This document shows positions 1 through 7,839 of a DNA stretch of 37,848 nucleotides, piece after piece (within the stretch, counting starts at the first letter, position 1; every line of letters starts with the position of its first letter). This DNA comes from Sedimentisphaerales bacterium (lineage in GTDB: Bacteria > Planctomycetota > Phycisphaerae > Sedimentisphaerales > Anaerohalosphaeraceae). The notes beneath the pieces are model-generated. The model saw only the letters and a program-made list of their open reading frames with translations, had not been told where the DNA came from and made no database searches. The stretch covers positions 1 to 37,848 of the forward strand of contig JAFGPC010000106.1 in NCBI GenBank assembly GCA_016926155.1, given 5' to 3'. The translations under genes were made by a program, and so were the position numbers.

Positions 1-351
1 ATGGCGGCCCGCTGCGGGAAAATCGGCGAACCTATGGTACAGGTCACGGGAAACGGCAGAACTAAAGTCTCCCGTATCGGCATCGGTACCGGCTGTATCT
101 GTGACATTAACGTATTCAGGGAAATGGGGTGTGACTGTTCCGTGGTGACCGATGATGGAAGCACCTACTGGTCGGTGATCCAGCATGCCGCGGATTCCGG
201 TCATCCTGTAATTCGTGTGCATCATGGCGTATCGGAAGAGCCGGGCATGGTAACTCTTACCGATTATATCAATGCCAACATACCGGGTCTTCGCGCTGTG
301 CATCTGCCCCATGGCTGTACCTTCCGTCTTGTCGGACCATTTAAAGCATAG
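1..351 (+). CDS. hypothetical protein, 5'-truncated at window edge (C-terminal 116 codons)
   Basis: Frame is open from nt 1 to a stop at 349-351. Cys-rich (GCICD...GCDC) but I recognise no family. Coding status is unverified. Confidence 0.3.
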   Translation: MAARCGKIGEPMVQVTGNGRTKVSRIGIGTGCICDINVFREMGCDCSVVTDDGSTYWSVIQHAADSGHPVIRVHHGVSEEPGMVTLTDYINANIPGLRAVHLPHGCTFRLVGPFKA

Positions 352-509
352 TGTCTGATTACTGGCTTGTCGGCGAAATATCGAAGACGAGGCTACACAC
401 AAATTGATTTCTGCAGTGGGATTTCTCGCACACACAGACAAACCGTGTAAAACCATTTGTGTTATGGTATGCTAAAAATTCTCTGTCGTAATCGGATGAG
501 AAAAAGAAC

Positions 510-1463
510 ATGGGAATTTTTGAACAGAATATTAAGGATAAGGCGATTGAGCTGGGTTTCGACCTGGTCGGGATAACAACCGCCGATCCGATCAATGAAG
601 AAGACATCGGACATTTACGTCAGTGGCTGGATGAAGGTCTGGCCGGTGAACTGAAATATATGCATCGCTACCTCGATAAACGCATTGATCCGGGAAAGCT
701 TCTGCCCGGAGCAAAGTCCGTGATTTGTGTGGGATTGAACTATAAACCGCCTGAAGAAGCAATTGTCCAACCAACAGAAAACGGCCCCTATGGCCGGGTG
801 GTCAATTATGCATTGTATGATGACTATCATACCTTCATCAAAGATCGGCTCTTTCGATTGGCTTCATTCCTTCATGAATTGGCGGGGAAGGAAAACACCC
901 AATACAAGGCGTGTGTGGACTCGGTGCCGCTGGCCGAGCGTGCCCTGGCCAGGCGGGCAGGACTTGGATTTATCGGGAAAAATCATATGCTCATTCATCC
1001 GCAACTGGGACCGCAGATCCTTCTGGGCGAGTTGTTGACCACGTTATCGCTGGAGCCGAATGAGCCAATCTGTCAGGATTGCGGATCATGTCGGAAATGT
1101 ATCGACGCCTGCCCTACAGAATCGCTGCAGCCGGATGGTCGGTTCGATGCCCGGCGCTGCATTAGCTATTTGACGGCTGAGTTTGATGGGCCTGTTTCTC
1201 CCGAACTTGCCGCCATGATCGGGGATCGCGTGTGTCGCTGTGAAGAGTGTATTCTGGCTTGTCCGTATACCTCTAAAGCACCGCCTTTATGCAATGCTGA
1301 TATTGGTTTTCGGGGCGAGCGAAAATGGATCTCTTTGAATGAGATCATCGAATGGGACCAGGCAGCTTTCGAAAGACTCTTCAAGGGAACCACTGTTGAA
1401 AGGACCGGCCTGAAACGGCTCCAGCGAGCAGCTCGCATCTGCCTCAAGAACTCGGCGCGATAA
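510..1463 (+). CDS. queG: epoxyqueuosine reductase QueG (tRNA queuosine biosynthesis, 2x[4Fe-4S] ferredoxin-type)
   Basis: 317 aa. Carries ERALARRAGLGFIGKNHMLIHPQLGPQILLGELLT, two Cys clusters (CQDCGSCRKCIDACPT and CRCEECILACP) and a DARRCISYLT motif, all typical of QueG/DUF1730. An AAAAAGAAC stretch (493-501) lies 8 nt before the ATG; it is a weak RBS at best. Confidence 0.85.
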   Translation: MGIFEQNIKDKAIELGFDLVGITTADPINEEDIGHLRQWLDEGLAGELKYMHRYLDKRIDPGKLLPGAKSVICVGLNYKPPEEAIVQPTENGPYGRVVNYALYDDYHTFIKDRLFRLASFLHELAGKENTQYKACVDSVPLAERALARRAGLGFIGKNHMLIHPQLGPQILLGELLTTLSLEPNEPICQDCGSCRKCIDACPTESLQPDGRFDARRCISYLTAEFDGPVSPELAAMIGDRVCRCEECILACPYTSKAPPLCNADIGFRGERKWISLNEIIEWDQAAFERLFKGTTVERTGLKRLQRAARICLKNSAR

Positions 1464-1588
1464 AGGATTCGAAATTCCTGTGTTCTTAACATCATCCCTA
1501 TTGCCAGAATCTTGTTGTGTTACTACGATACTATCCTTAGTGAATTCAATTAAAGCTTCACCTGAGAATGTATTCAGGAGACTCATAA

Positions 1589-2080
1589 ATGTCACAAAAT
1601 CCGATCCAATTACAGCAAATGCAGCGGGCCGATATTGATGCGGCTGTCGAGTTGATACGAAAATCAATGAACGGCATCGAGGCCCGCTTTGCTCATAAGA
1701 CGATGGATTTTCATTTCGCTTGTCTCGATCATGGTCTCAATGACGGCCGACATTATTACGTGTATCGCAAGGAGGGACAGATTCTCGGTCTGGTTGGGCT
1801 GCATAACTATATCTGGGGTCCGCGGGAAAATGTCTGGCTGACCTGGTTCTGTGTCCATCCTGATATGCAGGGAAAGGGTCTGGGAACGACATTGCTCTCT
1901 AATGCCGAGGCGATGGCGCGAAAACTGGATTACCGCAAATTTTTTATTGAGACATATGACATGCCGGACTTTTCTACAGCTAGGGCCTTCTATGAAAAAC
2001 AGGGCTTTACCCTCGCCGGGAAAATCGAGGACTATCTACCCAACAAAGCCGGTATGATCGTCTATTTAAAACATGTATGA
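1589..2080 (+). CDS. GNAT family N-acetyltransferase
   Basis: 163 aa. Acetyl-CoA-binding motif region VHPDMQGKGLGTTLL plus C-terminal YEKQGF, typical of GNATs. Confidence 0.75.
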   Translation: MSQNPIQLQQMQRADIDAAVELIRKSMNGIEARFAHKTMDFHFACLDHGLNDGRHYYVYRKEGQILGLVGLHNYIWGPRENVWLTWFCVHPDMQGKGLGTTLLSNAEAMARKLDYRKFFIETYDMPDFSTARAFYEKQGFTLAGKIEDYLPNKAGMIVYLKHV

Positions 2081-2106
2081 TTCCGGGATTTGCCCCAGGA
2101 AATCGC

Positions 2107-2940
2107 TTACCTGTTTTGTCGCTTCTGTTCTTCGGATAAGGCTTCATTCAAGGCACCGGAACGAAAGCCCTGCAAGTCGAGACTGACAAATCGAAAATCC
2201 AGGCCTTTGAGCTTTTCCACGATCTGGGTTCGTATCGGATCGTTGGCTATCTTCAATATATCCGAAGACCTGACCTCGATCCGGGCAATGTCGCCGTGAT
2301 GACGCACCCGGAATTCCACCAGTCCAAGTGACCGCAGAAAATCTTCGGCCTTCTCCACCTGTTTGAGCCGCTCTTCGGTGATCTCCAGGCCATATTGGAT
2401 CCGCGAGGCCAGACAGGGCGAGGCAGGCATCTCGGCTGTCGCCAGACCCAGTTGCCGGCTCAACTGACGGATATCGGCCTTGGTCAGTTCGGCTTCCATC
2501 AGCGGGGCATGAATGCCCATTTGGGTAGCGGCTCGATTTCCGGGGCGAAAGTCATCCTTATCGTCAAAATTGCTGCCACAGAGGATATGTTCGAAACCTT
2601 CCTGTTCGGCTACACGCTTGAGAACACTGAAAAGGTGGGATTTGCAGTGAAAACAGCGGTCAGCCTTATTGGCGACATAAGCCACATCTTGTAACTCGTC
2701 TACGGGTACCTCACGAATGGGGATGCCGATGGCTTCGGCCATTCTGAGTGCCTGAGCATGCTGGCTTTCGGCCAGCGATCCGCTGACGGCAATACAGGCC
2801 AGGATATTTTCTTTGCCCAGTGTATCGACAGCCGCCTTCAACAGGAATGTACTGTCCACGCCTCCGGAATAAGCGATCACCACGCGTTGCAGCGACCGGA
2901 GGTTCTGACAGAGCGAATTGTATTTGTCCTGCACACCCAC
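2107..2940 (-). CDS. LarE-like PP-loop ATP pyrophosphatase (ATP-dependent sacrificial sulfur transferase family, TIGR00268-like)
   Basis: 277 aa. PP-loop SGGVDS, DFRPG, and the SPCLASR Cys that aligns with the LarE catalytic Cys. RVRHHGDIARIE and LDLQGFRSG closely match L. plantarum LarE. The start is GTG at 2940-2938, only 2 nt after the tRNA-Thr 3' end. Confidence 0.8.
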   Translation of the reverse strand: MGVQDKYNSLCQNLRSLQRVVIAYSGGVDSTFLLKAAVDTLGKENILACIAVSGSLAESQHAQALRMAEAIGIPIREVPVDELQDVAYVANKADRCFHCKSHLFSVLKRVAEQEGFEHILCGSNFDDKDDFRPGNRAATQMGIHAPLMEAELTKADIRQLSRQLGLATAEMPASPCLASRIQYGLEITEERLKQVEKAEDFLRSLGLVEFRVRHHGDIARIEVRSSDILKIANDPIRTQIVEKLKGLDFRFVSLDLQGFRSGALNEALSEEQKRQNR

Positions 2941-2942
2941 AC

Positions 2943-3014
2943 AGCCGATGGCGGGATTTGAACCCGCAACCCCGGCTTTACGAAAGCCGTGCTCTACCGT
3001 TGAGCTACATCGGC
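2943..3014 (-). tRNA. tRNA-Thr (anticodon CGU)
   Basis: Minus-strand read GCCGATGTAGCTCAACGGTAGAGCACGGCTTTCGTAAAGCCGGGGTTGCGGGTTCAAATCCCGCCATCGGCT. It has a 7-bp acceptor stem GCCGATG/CATCGGC, T-arm GCGGG-TTCAAAT-CCCGC and anticodon stem CGGCT/AGCCG. The loop TTCGTAA gives anticodon CGT. Discriminator is U. CCA is not encoded. Confidence 0.85.
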
Positions 3015-3196
3015 AAGAAGCACTAGATTACCAATATGGGAGGGGCATGTAAAGCCTTTGGAACAACTTTCTTTGGAAACCACCGTCATTCATTCTTTTT
3101 TAAGTGTTTACATAGCAGTGGCTTACGGGAATCCATCTTATTGTGACGACGGACACGTGGCGCCTTTGGACAACATCCGCAGACATGAAATGATAT

Positions 3197-3229
3197 GAAA
3201 AAAGGCTGTGAGAGGTGGAGCCCACAGCC
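3197..3229 (-). terminator. Rho-independent terminator of the giant surface-protein gene
   Basis: Stem GGCTGTG(3204-3210)/CACAGCC(3223-3229) with a 12-nt loop. Read on the minus strand it is followed by TTTTTTC (rc of 3197-3203). It lies 29 nt after the stop at 3258. Confidence 0.5.
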
Positions 3230-3257
3230 CTATCTTTTAAACAATTCAAAAAAACAA

Positions 3258-6200
3258 TTAAGGTCCCATATTCGCCAAAGAACGAATTTCTGCCGGAGTT
3301 AAAGGGAAGTTATAGATTCTGACATCATCAATCAAACCATCAAAATAGTTGCTGTTATAAGTTCCTCCCCATCGTCCAATTGAAAGATCATCTGATAATT
3401 GATCGGGCAGTGAATCAATGTAATCACTGACAAGAGTTACAGCTTCGCCTTCAAAGTAGAAAATTGGTGTCTTTGTGTTACTGTCAAAAACAACTGCTAC
3501 ATGCTGCCAGGAACCGGTCTGTACGTTTATATTTCCAGTTCTTGCATAACCGTTATTGCCGTCTTTTTCTACATCAAGTCGCAACCACGTATTGTATGCA
3601 TTGTAATATTGCAGTGAAAACACAAATTCTTTGTCATTTCCGTCCTTGAGTTTGGTAACAAGTCCGTGGATGTCAGTAACTGTGTCCGGATTAATCCAAG
3701 CTGTGATTGTATAATCTCCTGCTCCGACACTAACTTCTTCACTATCGGATACGGCAATGTAATCATCGGTTCCATCCAGCTCAATAGCACCATACAATTG
3801 CCCTCCAGAGCTTTGCCAAGTGGCGCCATTCACAAGTGTACCATCGTTACCATCCAAACGATCAATTGCTGTCAATCCGGAAGTTTCATCCAACTGCCAG
3901 TGAGCCACGGGTTCATCCAGACCAAGGTCCCAGGGGCCCATACTTGCAAGATGTGAGATATCATCAGCAGTGAGTTCTCGATTGTAAATACGAATATCAT
4001 CCATCAAGCCATCAAAATATCGGGAATTATACGTTGCCGAGCCCCACCGACCAATATTTAACTCATCATCCAATTCATCAGGAAGTGTATCAATGGAATT
4101 ACTTGTTGTTTCAACAACCTGCCCATTATAGTAGAACACGGGTGTTTTACTTGTTGCATTAAACGTTACAGCGACATGCTGCCATTGCCCTGTAATGAAA
4201 TCGATGTTTTCTGATCGGGCGTACTGGTCGTTGCCATCTTTTTCCATGTCCAGCATTAGATAGGTGTCACTTGCTTTCAGGAGTGTAAAAGCAAATTCCT
4301 TGTCATTACCTCCATGGATTTTTACAAGCAATCCGTGATAACCTGTAATTGTATCAGGATTGATCCAGGCACAAAGAGTGTAATCGCCAGCTCCAACACT
4401 AATGGAATCATCATCCGAAACGGAAATATAATCATCCGAACCATCCAATTCAATTGCACCATTTAATTGCCCTTCGGAACTTTGCCAAGTCGGACCATTC
4501 TGAAGTGTACCATCATTATCATTGGAGGTTGAATCATAGGCCGTTCCACCTGTTTCTTCATCCATTTTCCATAGAGCTACCGGATCATCATATTCGTCAG
4601 CTCCAATATCAATGCGACTATTGATCTCACGTTGTAAATTATCGATGTCTGTCTGACCACCTGTACTTTCACTCGGATCACCTACATCAATACATGCTGA
4701 ATCGTATTCAATGTGATAATCCTTATTGGAAGCATCTGTAAACTTAGGGTCGGAGTTGATGTTGTTATTGCCGGTGGCGCTATACCCACCAAACTTTGTA
4801 CCGTTTAAAGCGCCATCGATATCACAATATGTGAAATACGGGTCGGAAGCATCATCAACAATATAGACTTCTCCACCGCTCGAGGACGTATTATCCCAGA
4901 AAATGCTGTTTCTGATGACTGCATCACAGTCACTTTCGAACCGTATTCCTCCACCATTGGTATCAGAACTATTGTCCGTAAACGTACATCCAATAACATT
5001 CGGATCAGCTTCACTATAGCAGTTCATCCCACCACCATAATCGGCGTAGTTACTCACAATCATGCAATTACGAATGGTCGGATTGGAACCACTATCACGA
5101 ACATAGACGCCACCACCCTTATCATCTGTTTTATTATCATAGATCCAGCAATTTTGAACCAGTGGACTTGAATTCTCTCGAATATAGACACCGCCGCCGT
5201 CTTGTGTAATCGCATGATTGTAATAGATATCACATTCTTCAATGGTCGCGTGACTACTGTAGGCACAATGAATCCCGCCGCCATACTCGGCATCGTTGTC
5301 CCGGACCACACACCCATTGATCGTCGCATCGCTGTTGGTTCGGCAATATATACCTCCACCCTTGTCCCCAGCCGTATTGTTAATAATCTCGCATTCCAGG
5401 ATAATAGCATCGCTGTTGTTATAGCAATAGATCCCTCCGCCATCATCTTCGGCCAGATTTCCCGCTATCACACAATGTCGGATCGTCGGGTTGCTCCCGT
5501 TACAATAAATACCACCTCCGTCTCGATCAGGGGACGTTCCAGGCGCCTTACCGTTGGTCAGTGTCATCCCGGCAAGAATGCTGCAGGGATCTTCACTGTC
5601 ATCGAATGACACTACCCGGCCGAGATCCTGGGCATCGATCACAGTCGCATCGATTACTTCCCAGTCGGTCTCCATACTCCCCTGAAGAGTTATGGCTTTT
5701 CCTCCAAAGTCGATACCCTCTTCATAGACACCAGGAAAAACTTCAATTTCATCAAGACTATTGGCGTCGCTGATCGCTTCTCCAATGCTACCAAACCAGT
5801 TAGACCAGGTTTTGTTGACAACGGTCTTTGTGTGAACTGTGGGATGATCCAGAATGGCAGCATATACCGTTATGTCTACATCACTCAAAGTTGCGCTGTT
5901 CCAATTATAAAGGTTGCTTGCGTCAGTCCGTAAGGGATTATGTGCGTATAAATCTCCTCCCACATCATACAAGTAACTAACTGTCCCACTGTATTCGATA
6001 GCAGTCCGATCATAATAGTCAAGCACCTGACAGTTATCGATTTCAATCCCGCCTGGATAGTCAAGTGTCCGATCTCCAATAGGATTTCCCTGGATATCTA
6101 TAGCACGACCGCTGCTTGCAGTGTTTTTGAACAAACAGTTTTTGAAAGTAACAGGGGGAGCTTTATCCGACTTATTGTAAAGACGTGCTCCATACTCAAC

Positions 6201-7226
6201 GTTTTCAACAAGAACATTCTCAAACCAGATTCCTTCATTGGGATCCGAAACATAATTGGGATCATCATAAGCGTAAGATACATTCAAGCCACGTCCTTCA
6301 CCGTTTCCTGTAATATAACAGTCCTGGACAATGACTCGGATCTCCTCTTCGACAAAATCCGACCATTTTGTCAAGCCGATTACTAAACCCTCTCTGCCAT
6401 TATTCTCAAATATGCAATTTGTAATATTTACATTCCAAAGACTGTCACCACTTATAATCTCGGGTTCAATATCAATCCCAGCTTTAGGTAGTGTTCCCAC
6501 GGTATTTTTGAAGACACATCCTTCAATGGTCGTATTTTTAGCACTTTGTATACTCATACCGTTTCTACGGTTGTTATCACAAACTACATCGCGGATGATG
6601 ATATCTGAATTGTATCGAGGATCACTAACTTGATTAGAAGAATTATCATCCCAGTCAGGAAAAACCCACCCAAGATATATACCATCACCTCCACTTTCGC
6701 CTAGTGTCAATCCATAAATACCGATATCACTGCATCCTGCAAAACGAAGCACATGACGAGACTCACCGGTCGTACAGCCAGTGATACGGCACGTTGCTCC
6801 GTATCCCCAGAAGTCAATTCCTTGGCACATTATGGCATGGAATAACGGATTAAAATTATTCTCATCGATAAAATCTCCTTGACCTGCCTGCCCCTGAACT
6901 ACAGTATCAGGATCAAAGATCAAGACTATGTTATTCTTTTTCGATTTGACCTGACTGTCTGAAAGTTCACGATAAAATGTGATCGTATTGGTAACTGTAT
7001 ATGTTCCCTCTTCGATGATGATTGTGTTGGGATCGCTAGGATTTTCTTGTGGATCGGATACTCCCGCCACAAAGATAGCCTTTTGTATCGTTGCAAACGG
7101 CTGGCTTTCTGTTCCGGGATCTCCATCATCCCCATCCGTTGCGACATAGTATGTGATGCCCCCCCATGTTGTACTACATACCAATAGAATCAAAATTACC
7201 CATTGCCCTGTTTTCCATAACTTCAT
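3258..7226 (-). CDS. giant secreted protein: signal peptide + right-handed parallel beta-helix (about 9 GGGIYC-type PbH1 repeats) + two tandem LamG (ConA-like lectin) domains
   Basis: 1322 aa. N-terminal signal peptide MKLWKTGQWVILILLVCSTTWG. About 22-aa periodic repeats ...D.GGGIYC..S.ATI..C.I..N.A... occupy nt ~4860-5600. Two C-terminal ~220-aa LamG-like repeats carry WINPD, IGRWG and FDGL(I/M)DD(V/I)RIYN motifs. AGGAG lies 9 nt before the ATG. The gene has its own terminator. Confidence 0.85.
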   Translation of the reverse strand: MKLWKTGQWVILILLVCSTTWGGITYYVATDGDDGDPGTESQPFATIQKAIFVAGVSDPQENPSDPNTIIIEEGTYTVTNTITFYRELSDSQVKSKKNNIVLIFDPDTVVQGQAGQGDFIDENNFNPLFHAIMCQGIDFWGYGATCRITGCTTGESRHVLRFAGCSDIGIYGLTLGESGGDGIYLGWVFPDWDDNSSNQVSDPRYNSDIIIRDVVCDNNRRNGMSIQSAKNTTIEGCVFKNTVGTLPKAGIDIEPEIISGDSLWNVNITNCIFENNGREGLVIGLTKWSDFVEEEIRVIVQDCYITGNGEGRGLNVSYAYDDPNYVSDPNEGIWFENVLVENVEYGARLYNKSDKAPPVTFKNCLFKNTASSGRAIDIQGNPIGDRTLDYPGGIEIDNCQVLDYYDRTAIEYSGTVSYLYDVGGDLYAHNPLRTDASNLYNWNSATLSDVDITVYAAILDHPTVHTKTVVNKTWSNWFGSIGEAISDANSLDEIEVFPGVYEEGIDFGGKAITLQGSMETDWEVIDATVIDAQDLGRVVSFDDSEDPCSILAGMTLTNGKAPGTSPDRDGGGIYCNGSNPTIRHCVIAGNLAEDDGGGIYCYNNSDAIILECEIINNTAGDKGGGIYCRTNSDATINGCVVRDNDAEYGGGIHCAYSSHATIEECDIYYNHAITQDGGGVYIRENSSPLVQNCWIYDNKTDDKGGGVYVRDSGSNPTIRNCMIVSNYADYGGGMNCYSEADPNVIGCTFTDNSSDTNGGGIRFESDCDAVIRNSIFWDNTSSSGGEVYIVDDASDPYFTYCDIDGALNGTKFGGYSATGNNNINSDPKFTDASNKDYHIEYDSACIDVGDPSESTGGQTDIDNLQREINSRIDIGADEYDDPVALWKMDEETGGTAYDSTSNDNDGTLQNGPTWQSSEGQLNGAIELDGSDDYISVSDDDSISVGAGDYTLCAWINPDTITGYHGLLVKIHGGNDKEFAFTLLKASDTYLMLDMEKDGNDQYARSENIDFITGQWQHVAVTFNATSKTPVFYYNGQVVETTSNSIDTLPDELDDELNIGRWGSATYNSRYFDGLMDDIRIYNRELTADDISHLASMGPWDLGLDEPVAHWQLDETSGLTAIDRLDGNDGTLVNGATWQSSGGQLYGAIELDGTDDYIAVSDSEEVSVGAGDYTITAWINPDTVTDIHGLVTKLKDGNDKEFVFSLQYYNAYNTWLRLDVEKDGNNGYARTGNINVQTGSWQHVAVVFDSNTKTPIFYFEGEAVTLVSDYIDSLPDQLSDDLSIGRWGGTYNSNYFDGLIDDVRIYNFPLTPAEIRSLANMGP
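3261..4590 (-). repeat. intragenic tandem duplication: two diverged LamG-domain coding repeats (~660 bp each, ~55% aa identity)
   Basis: The protein segments PVALWKMDEE...RIYNRELTADDISHLASMGP and PVAHWQLDET...RIYNFPLTPAEIRSLANMGP align end to end. The similarity is visible at DNA level (e.g. catcaatcaaaccatcaaaatag at 3322-3344 / catccatcaagccatcaaaatat at 3997-4019). Confidence 0.6.
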
Positions 7227-7839
7227 GATCTTTCTCCTTTCTGAAATTCCGGTAACTGTTTACAACGAAGTCCCCTGCTTAAAATATCTTTGTCCACATG
7301 ATTGAAAGGGGATAATAGGATGGATGAGGGATTAGTTGCGAAAAGCCTGTTTCTGGAAATGCCCTTGTCTCCTTGGATATTCCTCATACTTCTCTGTTTC
7401 CCTGGTACCCTCTATTAAGTGGATATCTCATTAACTTCCGACTCACAGAATGTCAAGGAAAAAATATATATTTTATATATATAGGCAATATTGTACCAAT
7501 GCCTGTCTGTCCTTAATGTAAGGATACTCACAATTTATACGGATATTGCTTGCGTTTGATGTGCAATTTTACCAGCTAACCATGATGTGCAGAGATGATG
7601 GTCAGCAAGAAACGTTTCCTGAAAGAGGAGCCGGTACGACACCATAATTTTGTAATCATCAGACCTGTTGGAGTATCCGATTAGGGAAGTCTTTACTATT
7701 TTATCAATTGCGAATCATGACCAAACCGCTTGTTCGTCGAAATAAAAACGGTACAATAGCTCCTATTGGGACGCAAGTTGGGTCTGAGCATAGTCGATGC
7801 CAAGGGATAGACAGCGGCAAGTATTGATATGAGGTGCGA

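Noticed and set aside
2758-3026. Two + strand ORFs (67 and 68 aa)
   Set aside because: They overlap the larE-like gene and run through the tRNA-Thr gene. Neither has an RBS or a recognisable product.
2943-7226. Possible genomic island integrated at tRNA-Thr (the giant surface-protein gene lies next to a tRNA)
   Set aside because: There is no integrase, no direct repeat of the tRNA 3' end, and no mobility genes. The flanking genes are ordinary housekeeping or metabolic genes.
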